From Gammaproteobacteria bacterium (GTDB taxonomy: Bacteria; Pseudomonadota; Gammaproteobacteria; Chromatiales; Chromatiaceae), in assembly GCA_030148485.1 (NCBI GenBank), contig JASBTJ010000025.1, forward strand, positions 23,236 through 55,235: a DNA stretch of 32,000 nucleotides, written 5' to 3'. A program made the translations under genes and the position numbers. Below are positions 8,595 to 18,188 of the stretch, one piece after another (positions within the stretch are counted from its first letter, which is position 1; every line of letters starts with the position of its first letter). A model generated the notes under the pieces. That model was not told the DNA's origin, searched no databases, and saw only the letters and a program-made list of their open reading frames with translations.

Positions 8595-8952
8595 CTTGTA
8601 TGGTCGTGCACCAACCAAAAAACAACAATAACATACTGTTATTTATGAATAATAATAAATACGACGATAGCTAGAACCCCCATTAATACCCCCTCCAGTC
8701 ATTGCAGCCAGCGTCGAAACAGCGCATACGACAAGCGCTCCCAAGTTGCGCGGCAGCGCCATCAATAGCTCGCTCGTGCTACGGAATAAAGCATGCTGAG
8801 AGCCTATGGACTGGCCAAGTAGCTATGCTACTGGCGCACAGCACCGGCATTCCATACCATCCAAATAACATCGTGCCTTGACCGGTAAAGCTTCTCGACA
8901 AATACCTGCACGTACTGTCCGGCCGGGACCTCCTTACGAAGGAAATAGTCAG

Positions 8953-9150
8953 ATGTGGCTTTCTAAGCAGCAACTAGAAGACCTCACGAAACGGAAAACC
9001 GGCAAGGCCCAGTGTCGCGCGCTCGACTATCTTGGCATTCCGTATCGCGTAGGACTCGACGGGAAGCCGGTGGTGTTTGAACGAGACCTGACCGCCGAGA
9101 CTGACCCTGAGAAACGCACCGAACCAAACTGGGATGCACTGAAGAATTGA
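8953..9150 (+). CDS. DUF4224 domain-containing phage-type protein
   Basis: MWLSKQQLEDLTKRKTGKAQCRALDYLGIPYRVGLDGKPVVFERDL; start trimmed from the tracked ORF (8878). Confidence 0.8.
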   Translation: MWLSKQQLEDLTKRKTGKAQCRALDYLGIPYRVGLDGKPVVFERDLTAETDPEKRTEPNWDALKN

Positions 9151-9222
9151 AACGAGCGCAGTACATCTTCAACGCAGATCCCTACTGTAAATAAGCGCAC
9201 CTCGACAGCCCAAATCAGGTTA

Positions 9223-9534
9223 TCAATTGCTGGTTAATCCATTCTTCAGCCATTCGGAATAATATGCCAAGCGCTCCGCAACTAACCTGACATCGTGATT
9301 CGGTATGACCACCAGACGGGCCGCATCTGCCTGCAGTTCACCCGCCATGAGGTAAAGGCCTGCGATCAAGGTGGAGTTGCGAGGCGTATTGGCAATTTGG
9401 ATTTGCGCCCGCCGCATAGCAGCGGCTAGATGACGTTCGCATTCGCGCGATTTGGCTTTCGTTTGAGCGCCGTCGCTACGCTTTCCATCCATGTTCCGGC
9501 GGTCGTTGATGTAGGATACATTTGACATAGCCAA
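9223..9534 (-). CDS. Hypothetical protein
   Basis: 103 aa ORF, divergent from the small gene at 9622. Confidence 0.5.
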   Translation of the reverse strand: MAMSNVSYINDRRNMDGKRSDGAQTKAKSRECERHLAAAMRRAQIQIANTPRNSTLIAGLYLMAGELQADAARLVVIPNHDVRLVAERLAYYSEWLKNGLTSN

Positions 9535-9621
9535 ATACCTTTTTCCAATTTATTGTAAAGACAATTATTTTACTGCTATAAGGCCCTGTCAAGTATTTTT
9601 TGTCTTTACTACAATAAAGGC

Positions 9622-9801
9622 ATGGCTACTGAACAAAGAAGGCGCCGTGGCGCTCCAAGAAAAGCGGTTACCGCAAGCAAGTTGGTCAACATCCGCGTGA
9701 CGGAAGAACAGCATGCCGCATGGCACGCCGCCGCCATCCGAGACGGCTACAAATCCCTCGCCGCATGGATCAAGAATCTTGCCGACAACAAGTCAGCGTA
9801 A
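9622..9801 (+). CDS. Small (59 aa) possible ribbon-helix-helix/MobC-like DNA-binding protein
   Basis: Manual translation: MATEQRRRRGAPRKAVTASKLVNIRVTEEQHAAWHAAAIRDGYKSLAAWIKNLADNKSA*; below the ORF-track length cut-off. Confidence 0.55.
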   Translation: MATEQRRRRGAPRKAVTASKLVNIRVTEEQHAAWHAAAIRDGYKSLAAWIKNLADNKSA

Positions 9802-9942
9802 CTCGTGATGCTCAATGAACATGAATGCACGGCGGCCCTTCGCCGTCAACAGCGTCAACATGCTCCATCGCGCGCGTGAGACAAGGCCTCATCATTAGCG
9901 TCGGCTTAAGTCTGACGTATACGTTGACGACAGGGGACTGAC

Positions 9943-10158
9943 ATGAATCAAACGACGAGTTCGCGGCAATGGCTGGTTGTTCTAGCAGTGGCACTCGGGC
10001 TAGCAGCTTGGGTGTTTCGGTACGATTTCACCTCTGCACATACGAAGTCTCCTGCCGGATTCGTGCTCGACCGATGGACCGGACAGGTCACGTTCGTGTC
10101 ATACCGTGGACAATTCACGTTGAAACGAAAAACATCCCCTGCCGATGCAGCTCGTTGA
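9943..10158 (+). CDS. Small membrane-anchored hypothetical protein
   Basis: 71 aa with an N-terminal hydrophobic segment (WLVVLAVALGLAAWVF). Confidence 0.5.
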   Translation: MNQTTSSRQWLVVLAVALGLAAWVFRYDFTSAHTKSPAGFVLDRWTGQVTFVSYRGQFTLKRKTSPADAAR

Positions 10159-10242
10159 TGAGCAACGGCCGTGATTCGCGTAGCCCGCCTGCCCACCCTA
10201 CGATACCCGGCGCCACCTTGTGCACAACGAGCGCGAGACGAA

Positions 10243-13200
10243 TCACCGGCCACCGTCGAACTGACGGATCGCTTGCCGCCGCAATTCCTTCGGCATCGTT
10301 CGTAGGAACCTGTCTTCTGCCGTCATCCGCTTATCCCTCAGCCGCCATTTGATCTGCTGCCTGTTGATGACAATGGGAAGCTGTGGATTGGCCTGATTCC
10401 ACTTCGCAAGCTCCTCCCGTGCTTCGCGAATCATGGTCTTGTCTCGTTCGAAGATCCCCTGTGCCCACTTGTCGGCGATAGCATCCTTCCGCAGCCGGTG
10501 CATATTTCTGTCCTCTGTCAGCATGCGCTTTGCCGCCTGAATCTTGGACACCCGATTGGGATGGAACCCGATCGCCTTCCACACAGATTCTCCGAGCGTT
10601 GCATCCGTGACCTTGCGGTCCTGCCAATCGCGGTACTCGCCGGTCCGCATCATGTCGATGCCCTGCGCGATATGTCCTATTGCACGCGGGGCCAACTCGC
10701 CTCCCGCGCTTTGCAGTTCCCCGCGCGCGACCTTTTCCGCGGCGCGCGTCGCGCTCTGGACTAGCGATCCCGCTGGGCCGAGCAATTCAGCAGTATCCCG
10801 CCCTTTGCTGGGATTGGACGGTACCAGCGCGCCGGTGCCGGGAATCAAATTTCCAAGCGATAACCGAGATTGCACATCGATGGGCATTCCGGGTATGCCG
10901 GACACGCCTTTGAGAAGAATATCGCCGAAGGTGTTGCCCAGCGTCTGGTGCGCCCACTCTTGCAGTTGGCGCTTGCTGTTGGTCGGGTACCCCATCCACT
11001 GTCCGATCGCGTCGATAATATCCTCCAGGTCTTCCGCGAAGGGCAGGCCCTCTAGCCCCGCACCAGCAACCAACAAGGCCAAGGCGATAGCCTTCTGCTT
11101 CGCGGGCAGGCGACCGATGAACTCCAGGTAGTTCACCAAGAACTGCTTGAAGGTGAACAGCGGCGCCCCGATGCCACGCGCCCAGTTTGGCCTGTTGTGG
11201 CGGGCGTATACGAACTGGGTTTCCTCGACGGCTTCCTTGGCGAAAGCGTAGGGGTCTGCCGCCCCTTTGCGTCGAGCAATGTCGTAGGCCGCATTGAATG
11301 TCAATAACCGGTTGTATTGTTCGGCTGTCTGGAAGAAGTATCCCCAGGCGTACAGCGCAATTTGTGCGGGTTGGCTTTGCAGCAGCTTTCCACCACCCAA
11401 TCGCCCACCCCTGGCCGTGGCCATCAGGTTGTATATCTCTTGGGGCGCTACGACGCCTTCTTCCTTGGCGCGTTTAATCGCTTCACGGTGAGCGGGGTCG
11501 GTTGGCGCCCGACCACTCATCCACTTTGCGACCTTGGCCGGTGCTGCTGCATCGAACTGCGTCAGATAAGGGACCGTGACCATCGGCACTTGGGTCAGGT
11601 TCGTGAGGGCCGATGAGATGGATCCGCCCAGGAAGTGAAAGAACATATAACTCCGGATGCCGGAGAATTCCTCGCGTGGATTTTGCAGGTAGTCAACCAG
11701 TCGCTGGGCCTGTTTTTGCACGTCCCCCTGCGACTTAGGAATATCCTGGACGGCTTGCAGCATGTCGCCCATGTTCAGGTTCTTAGAGGCGGCATTCGCG
11801 TTACTGAGTACGAATGAAGCCAGCACACGGCGTAAGTCATTGGAGAAGCCCGGTATCCCCTTCCGCGTAATCAGACGCTTGAGCGCTGAGCGGTTGTTTA
11901 CTGCATTCTTTAGGTATTCCTGCATCGCCGCGTCTTGATCGACACCAAGGTGGCGAGCGAACAGTTCAATGGTTTCTGGAGTCAACCCGGAATACAGCTT
12001 GAACGCCTCGTCGTTCAGCACCCCGGTTTCAATTTCCGCACCCGGGTATTCCGCGCGCATCATGCGAGTCATCCGGTTGGTTTCCGCCTTCGATTCGAAC
12101 ATGCCGAAGTAGACGCGCTTGCCGTCAGCGTCAACGACATCAACCGTGTACTTGCCAAAGCGTGTCAGCGGAAAATAGCCCTCGCGCTTTAACTTCTGTG
12201 CCTTGTTGGCGATCTTCACCAGGTCTTTACGGGACGCATCTACCAAGGCGATCTTTTTCTGCCACTTGGCGGCGCGGGCCTCAGCCCCATCCGTGCCCTT
12301 TGCTAATGCGAGGTTCTCTTCCAGTTCTTCCCGCACCTCGGAAAGGATCCGGTCCAAGTTCTCTTGCACTTCGAACACCGTCTCGGTGCCCTCGCCCAGG
12401 GCCATGTCACCAAGTTCCCGTGGCATACCCAGCTTGCGGGTCATGCGGACCATGGCTGTTTTTGTCAGATCGTCCAGCGAGTGGTGTGCCGATGCGATGA
12501 CCTGCCGGTACAGGCCGATCTGCTTGGCGTTCAGGCCAAATTGCTTAGACAGCTCTTCATCCGCATACACCTTCTGCTGCGCAATGGTTCCCTCGAATAC
12601 GGCGTTGGCCACCAATTCAAGGTCTGCCGTTCGAGCGTTGCCCGTCGTGGCGGCTTTCTTCAAGGTGTCGGACCGGCGGAAAAGATCAGGCGCAAGCCGC
12701 TCCGACCGAATGGCATAAGTTGACGTGTCCGTCATGTAGTCTTCGGCCAAGTTGTAGACCCGGGCGAAGTGGCTATTCTTCTTCGCCAGCCCGCGCATGG
12801 TGCCAACGGACTTCTGCCATAACGTGACCTTGCCGGGGCCGGTGAAGTGATCCTCGGCATATTGGGATGCTGAACGGGACAAATCCCGAACCGCCTTCAC
12901 CCCTTCCACGGGGTCAAAGCCGGATTGCAGGGTACCAGGGCCAGATGCGCCCTTGGGCGGCGTGAGGTCTAGCTGGCCGCCTTCTTCGCGTCCCCGTAAC
13001 GCCAAGGCAAATCCAGACCGGAGTCGTCCCAGCTCGGGATCCTCCCCGTTTCCAGCGCCTCGATCATGATCTGCTCGAGGGCGTCCCCCTGGCCGTCCAG
13101 GCTGACGTACCGCAACAGACCCTCGGGCAAAGGACCAAACCTTTCTCGATACGTCTCGTGTAACTGGATCGGATTCAGCTTGGAATAGTCCATGGTAGAC

Positions 13201-15987
13201 CTCGTAGGCTTTCGGCAGCGCGGCGCGCATCGCGGCCGGCTCTGCAAAGTAGATTACACCAAGTCGGGCAAACAGTTCTGCCTTCACGCGGTCATCGGGC
13301 AAAAGACCGCGGTCAGCAACCGGATACCGCAGCAATCGCGCCAATTCCCCGTTGTTGGAAACGTGGTCGATCGCCTCGCGGGCGATGTCGCCCTTATCCA
13401 AGTCGAGCCGAGGGCTGCTCGCACTGATCGTTCGATCCGCCCCGACCACATCCACGGCATGCAGCAATTCTTCCGCGACGAATGCGGCAGCGGTATCACG
13501 GTGTAGCTGGTACGCCGGGTCGAACTCCACTACGCGGTCATCAAGAGAAAACCGCATGGGAACACCGACAGGTAGCGCCTCATTCGGCACGAAATCCAGG
13601 CCCAGCCGAAGACCGGTGATCTTCTCGGCGTCGGCAATTGCGGTGCCCATGTCCACGGGATCGCTGCCCAATTCGCTGAACGCCGCCTGGGATTTGTTAC
13701 GGGCATCCAGCTTGCCGCTGTCGTTGCTCAGGCTCGCACCAGTGATGTCCTCGGCGTCATACCGCGCCGATGGCGTGAGCTTGCGTTGCCACGCCTGATT
13801 CTTTGGTGACCACCGAAACCCCTTCCCCTTGAGCGCCCGAATCGTCTCCTGCGGCGGCTTCTCGTCATGCTTGATGCGCAGCACACCGGCAGCGTGGTCA
13901 AGTTCGATATGGCCGTCCTCGAACGCGACCGATTCGCTCCCGCCGGTGGATTTTGCCGCGGCAGACTGCGATTCCAGGGCATCCACCCGCTGACGCAGCC
14001 GGCGAATCTCCGCATTGTTGTTGCTCAGCTCGAAGGTCTTGAAGCCGGTGCGGCCTGCGAAATCGGGCTTATTGAGGGCGTCGATTTGCTTGTCCGTCAG
14101 GCCAATATCCAGAAGCTGGGCGCGCTTTTCGCTGTCCTTCAGTTTCTTGCTGCGCAGTACCTTATTGGCCGCCTTCATCTGCTCTTGGGCCTTCTCGCGC
14201 TGGGCGAGCTTGCTCTTGGCTTGAGTGAGCTGTGCTTGGGTGCTGTTGTCGACCGGGCCTTTCGCCAGTTTCTTGAGCCGCTTCACGCCGCGCTCGTAGA
14301 AGGCCATCGCTTCATCAAGCCGCTTATCCGCCGAGCGCATGCGTTTCTCGTTGGCCGCCACCGGGAACTTCGCCGGGCCGGTGATGAACGCGCTGGCTAC
14401 CCGGCCATGTGCACTCAAGTAAGCGCGCAGCTTGTTCGCGTAGCTCTCCCGGAACTGGGGGAAGAATTTCGCAACCCGGGCCCGGCCCGCCTCATCCTTG
14501 ATGCTCGCTTCGACATCACGCCATGCCCGCACCATGTCTTGGACATATTCACGTCGGGCCAGATTGCCGCGCTTATCCGGCGTGTGGCTGGTATTCCGAT
14601 ACGCTTGATAGGCCAGATCGGCGGGGATGTCGTCCTCGACCACCTTCACCGGCAACTGAGTCTCAGCGATCTGTTTCACGCCTTCGTATTGCCCGTCGTG
14701 AACGGCTTGGGCCACCTCGTCAATCTCCGCGCCGCTGCGGGATACCTTCCCTTCGCGGGCCTTGTCCATCAAGGCCTGAACGTCGCCGAACGGATCGTCT
14801 CGGCCCAAGGCTTTGGCGCGCTCTGTGACGGATGCTTGGCCGGTGTCGGCGGCAGGTTGATCGACAGACTCAGGCTTCAGCTGCTCCGGACGGGCCGATT
14901 CGTCTGCCCGCGCTTCCCTGGTTTCCGGTGACTTGGGTTGCTCCTGCTCGGACGGCACAACAGGTTCGGACGGGCGACCAGAAGCCGACTGCGCTACATC
15001 TGATTTGCTTTCGGCCGAATCCGGCGTAATACTTTCATCAAGCTCTGGTTGATTCCGGCCCATCGCTTCGGGCGTATCTGCGACGCCTCCCTCGGGAGTA
15101 GCACGTAAGGGGGTACGGGTCTTCCTGAGCGTTTTCTTTGCAGGTTCCTGGATCAGTCCCTTGCGCGTGTACTTCACGCGGCCGTCGCCCAGGTCTTGCA
15201 TGTCGAACCGCTCGCGCAGTCCCATCTTGTTCAGGCCGCGCAGCCTGGTGGACTTCGGCATGATGATCTCGTCGATGGCATCGTCGGTCACCGCATCCAC
15301 CACGAATTCCTTCCCGCCCACGATGCCAGTTCCTGGTTTTTGGTGCTCCCGACCGCTCAGGGCGTCACCGCGGAACTTCACCAATACCCCCTTGTTCCCG
15401 CCCTGCCCAATCGCCAGCGACTCGTCATCAGTCACGAACATGCCATTGGGGCGAGGCGTAATGTTCTCGTTCTCAGGCTTGGTGCGGTTGTCCAACAGCA
15501 GACTGTCCAACCCATTTTCGTTTGTCTCGCGCCAGTAGCTCCCTGCCGGCAACGGATTCAGTTTGACCGTTGCGCCAAGCCCAATATTCAGGATCCTGCC
15601 AGACTCGATAACCGGGCGACGTTCCGGCAACTCAGTAGCCGCACTGCTATCCTGTGGCGAAGGCTCAGGCGGTGCAGGCTGGTCCTGCGCTGTCCGTGGC
15701 GTCGGCATTGCCACATCCACATTGCCCGGCATTGACCCGGTGCTGGCGTTCTTCGGCGCGGTCCACGCCGGTGGCGCCTGCTGGGGCTGTGGCTGCGCCT
15801 GGGCAGCCTGGACCACTTGGCGTTGGGGCTCGGCCTGCCGCTGGGCATTCGCTGGATCCAGGGCATCCCGGGCAGCCTGATCGACCTGCTTCGGATCCAC
15901 ATGGGCGTCCTCGATACGCCGGAGCACCTGGCCGCCCAGCCGCTCCTGGGGCGTGGCCACGTTGCCGGACGCACCGGCACCGACCAA
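10243..15987 (-). CDS. Giant PLxRFG-type large polyvalent phage/mobile-element protein (main part)
   Basis: 1914 aa single frame containing the literal PLxRFG motif (GYFPLTRFGKY), a degenerate zincin-like EELLHAVD segment and an Ala/Gln/Pro-rich N-terminus. The frame stays open back to the TAG at 16060. Confidence 0.85.
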   Translation of the reverse strand: MVGAGASGNVATPQERLGGQVLRRIEDAHVDPKQVDQAARDALDPANAQRQAEPQRQVVQAAQAQPQPQQAPPAWTAPKNASTGSMPGNVDVAMPTPRTAQDQPAPPEPSPQDSSAATELPERRPVIESGRILNIGLGATVKLNPLPAGSYWRETNENGLDSLLLDNRTKPENENITPRPNGMFVTDDESLAIGQGGNKGVLVKFRGDALSGREHQKPGTGIVGGKEFVVDAVTDDAIDEIIMPKSTRLRGLNKMGLRERFDMQDLGDGRVKYTRKGLIQEPAKKTLRKTRTPLRATPEGGVADTPEAMGRNQPELDESITPDSAESKSDVAQSASGRPSEPVVPSEQEQPKSPETREARADESARPEQLKPESVDQPAADTGQASVTERAKALGRDDPFGDVQALMDKAREGKVSRSGAEIDEVAQAVHDGQYEGVKQIAETQLPVKVVEDDIPADLAYQAYRNTSHTPDKRGNLARREYVQDMVRAWRDVEASIKDEAGRARVAKFFPQFRESYANKLRAYLSAHGRVASAFITGPAKFPVAANEKRMRSADKRLDEAMAFYERGVKRLKKLAKGPVDNSTQAQLTQAKSKLAQREKAQEQMKAANKVLRSKKLKDSEKRAQLLDIGLTDKQIDALNKPDFAGRTGFKTFELSNNNAEIRRLRQRVDALESQSAAAKSTGGSESVAFEDGHIELDHAAGVLRIKHDEKPPQETIRALKGKGFRWSPKNQAWQRKLTPSARYDAEDITGASLSNDSGKLDARNKSQAAFSELGSDPVDMGTAIADAEKITGLRLGLDFVPNEALPVGVPMRFSLDDRVVEFDPAYQLHRDTAAAFVAEELLHAVDVVGADRTISASSPRLDLDKGDIAREAIDHVSNNGELARLLRYPVADRGLLPDDRVKAELFARLGVIYFAEPAAMRAALPKAYEVYHGLFQAESDPVTRDVSRKVWSFARGSVAVRQPGRPGGRPRADHDRGAGNGEDPELGRLRSGFALALRGREEGGQLDLTPPKGASGPGTLQSGFDPVEGVKAVRDLSRSASQYAEDHFTGPGKVTLWQKSVGTMRGLAKKNSHFARVYNLAEDYMTDTSTYAIRSERLAPDLFRRSDTLKKAATTGNARTADLELVANAVFEGTIAQQKVYADEELSKQFGLNAKQIGLYRQVIASAHHSLDDLTKTAMVRMTRKLGMPRELGDMALGEGTETVFEVQENLDRILSEVREELEENLALAKGTDGAEARAAKWQKKIALVDASRKDLVKIANKAQKLKREGYFPLTRFGKYTVDVVDADGKRVYFGMFESKAETNRMTRMMRAEYPGAEIETGVLNDEAFKLYSGLTPETIELFARHLGVDQDAAMQEYLKNAVNNRSALKRLITRKGIPGFSNDLRRVLASFVLSNANAASKNLNMGDMLQAVQDIPKSQGDVQKQAQRLVDYLQNPREEFSGIRSYMFFHFLGGSISSALTNLTQVPMVTVPYLTQFDAAAPAKVAKWMSGRAPTDPAHREAIKRAKEEGVVAPQEIYNLMATARGGRLGGGKLLQSQPAQIALYAWGYFFQTAEQYNRLLTFNAAYDIARRKGAADPYAFAKEAVEETQFVYARHNRPNWARGIGAPLFTFKQFLVNYLEFIGRLPAKQKAIALALLVAGAGLEGLPFAEDLEDIIDAIGQWMGYPTNSKRQLQEWAHQTLGNTFGDILLKGVSGIPGMPIDVQSRLSLGNLIPGTGALVPSNPSKGRDTAELLGPAGSLVQSATRAAEKVARGELQSAGGELAPRAIGHIAQGIDMMRTGEYRDWQDRKVTDATLGESVWKAIGFHPNRVSKIQAAKRMLTEDRNMHRLRKDAIADKWAQGIFERDKTMIREAREELAKWNQANPQLPIVINRQQIKWRLRDKRMTAEDRFLRTMPKELRRQAIRQFDGGR

Positions 15988-16059
15988 CGCCCCGATGGCC
16001 GCCGACTCCCCAACGCCCTCGCCTGCGGGACGCCCGGTTTCCCGGTTGGATATGACCTG

Positions 16060-17268
16060 CTAAACACCCTCTTGGCCGCCTTCGAACGCGGCCCCGAGGG
16101 TGCGCAGAGTGAGTTGCCCACCGGTGTCGCCAAATAGGCCCAGCTTATTGGTGACCGCCAACAAGCCGGCATTTTGCCAAAAGGCCCGGTCGGCGGCCTT
16201 GGCTGCCGCTTTCTCGCCCTTGCCGTCCGCCATCATCTGCTCATACACGGCGCCAGCCTCTACGGCAGCCTCCATGCCAGCCGCGGCCCCGCTGCCCAGC
16301 CAAAGCCCCATGCGAGGCGACACCGATGCCACAGCTTGGGCGCCCTTTGCCAGCCCCATGCCGGGAACGAAAAACGTCGTGGTCGAGCCGGCACCGGCGG
16401 CCAGATTATCCAGGAAGTTCTGATCTGAAGGCATCAGGTCAGCCGCCTGTTGGGTGACCTTGAGCTGCCCTTCCCGCAAGGCATTGGATCCGGTCATGCG
16501 GGCGGCATAGCCCAGCAATCCCCCGCCGGTTTGGATGGCCCCGGCCGTGAAATCCTTGGCGCCCCGGGTTGCCACTCCTTCGGCCGGGCCTATCTGCTCC
16601 CGGGCGCGCTTGGCGGTCGTGGGTGCGTCGAAGCGGCGACCGTCACCGGCGTCGTCCAGCCCGACCTGACGGCCAGCCAAGTACAGCGCCACATTCGGGT
16701 CACCGCCCACGGGCACCGCATCCGGATTGCCGAACAGGCTGTCCAAGGCCTGACGGAACGCAGTCTGCTCAGGTGCCGCCCGTACGCCGGCCCCGGGGGC
16801 TTTCGCCAGCACCTCACCGGTTACGTCCGGATACAGCGTCTGCACGGCATTTGTGATGGCCCTTTGTTCAGCGGCTTGCCTGGCCCTAACACCACCGCGG
16901 CCGGTGTACCCGAACTGGCCGTCCTGGGGCGCCTCCGGCATCAACGCGCTGAGCATGTCACCCAGCCCTGGGCCGGTCTGCATGATGCCCTTGGTCGGGA
17001 ACGGCTCTGTCGGTATGGCCGGCGTTTCCTGTGGCGCCGGTGGCGCCGTGGCCGCCTGGATCGCACTCAACGCCTCATTGACGCCGGCAATACCTCCGCT
17101 ACCCGGCGTAACCGGTGCCGCCAGCACCGGTGCCACCCCAAACCGCGCCCCGAAGTCCTCCGGCGTCAGCTTGTCCGCATAGTGCTTCTGATACAGGCGA
17201 GTTGCCAGATCGTCGTCTGGCAAGGTGTCGTATTGCGGATACTGAGCGCGGAACTCGGTGATGTTCAT
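16060..17268 (-). CDS. N-terminal section of the same polyvalent protein reading, ending at an in-frame amber codon
   Basis: MNITEFRAQYPQYDTLPDDDLATRLYQKHYADKLTPEDFGARFG start; 24 codons separate the TAG from M15987 in the same frame. Confidence 0.75.
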   Translation of the reverse strand: MNITEFRAQYPQYDTLPDDDLATRLYQKHYADKLTPEDFGARFGVAPVLAAPVTPGSGGIAGVNEALSAIQAATAPPAPQETPAIPTEPFPTKGIMQTGPGLGDMLSALMPEAPQDGQFGYTGRGGVRARQAAEQRAITNAVQTLYPDVTGEVLAKAPGAGVRAAPEQTAFRQALDSLFGNPDAVPVGGDPNVALYLAGRQVGLDDAGDGRRFDAPTTAKRAREQIGPAEGVATRGAKDFTAGAIQTGGGLLGYAARMTGSNALREGQLKVTQQAADLMPSDQNFLDNLAAGAGSTTTFFVPGMGLAKGAQAVASVSPRMGLWLGSGAAAGMEAAVEAGAVYEQMMADGKGEKAAAKAADRAFWQNAGLLAVTNKLGLFGDTGGQLTLRTLGAAFEGGQEGV

Positions 17269-18188
17269 TGCATCAAGTCTCCTATAACGTCGACTCCCCA
17301 GCACATTACCCGGCCAGCTTTATCAGGCACGAACTGCTGGCTGGCGCCGTGGTACCAGAGGTTCACAATCCCTTCCCACTCGCCATGTCGCTGCTTAGCA
17401 ACGTTCAGCGTCGCATCAGGCTCACCAGGATCGCGCGCTCTGCCTACGCGGGCGTCCTCCTCCTTCGCCTTGTTGCGATGCACGATGAAAACGTTGTCGA
17501 CTAGGTCGGTAATCTCGGCTGCTCCGCGGATGTCGAACTTGTCCGGACGCCGATGCTCGTTCTCCCCCTTACGCATGTGAGCAATGAGCACGATGTGCAA
17601 ACCGCTTCCCTTGGCAAGCCAGCAGAGGCGATCCACGAAGTTCTTTTGGGCGTTGTAGTCGTCGGTCCCGATGCCGCACTTCATCAGCGAGTCGATGATC
17701 AAAATGTCTGCTTCGAGAACTTCAGCGGCGTAAACGGTCATACCCAAAATGCGGTCGGTTGGCACACTGTCTTGCTGGTCGTAGATCCACAGTCTGCCAT
17801 CAGTCCAAGACAGGAACCCGTCGATGAAACTCCTCGCCGGGGCGGCAGTGCCTGACGCCTGACGAATCATCCGCTGCAGAGTGGCTGCTGGTGGCATCTC
17901 CATGGACGCGATCACGGTCTTAGCTTCGGGAAGGAGCCACAACGCAATCTGTCCAGTGAGCATGGATTTTCCGTGTCCATTAATGCCTGCAGCGATAGTG
18001 ACCTCGCCAGGACGCAGTGCAACATTGGCGTGAGTCTTGGACCAAGGTAGCGGGAAACCACTTTGCTGCTCCTTCCCCGAGAAACGATCGACTACTGCGG
18101 CATGCCATTCACTTGCTGGACGGACACAGTCACCCTCGCGGTTCTGCAGATACTTGGAGAAATCGATATTGTCTGGGATCACTTGCAT
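17265..18188 (-). CDS. DnaB/RecA-fold replicative helicase-like ATPase
   Basis: Walker A-like INGHGKSML, ILIIDSLMKCG Walker B, IVLIAHMRKGENEHRRPDKFDIRGAAEITDLVDNVFIVHRNK. Confidence 0.85.
   Translation of the reverse strand: MQVIPDNIDFSKYLQNREGDCVRPASEWHAAVVDRFSGKEQQSGFPLPWSKTHANVALRPGEVTIAAGINGHGKSMLTGQIALWLLPEAKTVIASMEMPPAATLQRMIRQASGTAAPARSFIDGFLSWTDGRLWIYDQQDSVPTDRILGMTVYAAEVLEADILIIDSLMKCGIGTDDYNAQKNFVDRLCWLAKGSGLHIVLIAHMRKGENEHRRPDKFDIRGAAEITDLVDNVFIVHRNKAKEEDARVGRARDPGEPDATLNVAKQRHGEWEGIVNLWYHGASQQFVPDKAGRVMCWGVDVIGDLMQ

Noticed and set aside
8600-8710. AT-rich intergenic stretch considered as a replication origin or CRISPR leader
   Set aside because: No iterons, DnaA-box array or repeat-spacer structure could be identified by eye; only noted as low-GC sequence near the tentative element boundary.
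15588-16172. 194-aa minus-strand ORF overlapping the amber junction, considered as an alternative coding frame
   Set aside because: Composition is Arg/Pro/Ser/Trp-rich, typical of off-frame reading in GC-rich DNA; the flanking long frames have protein-like composition.
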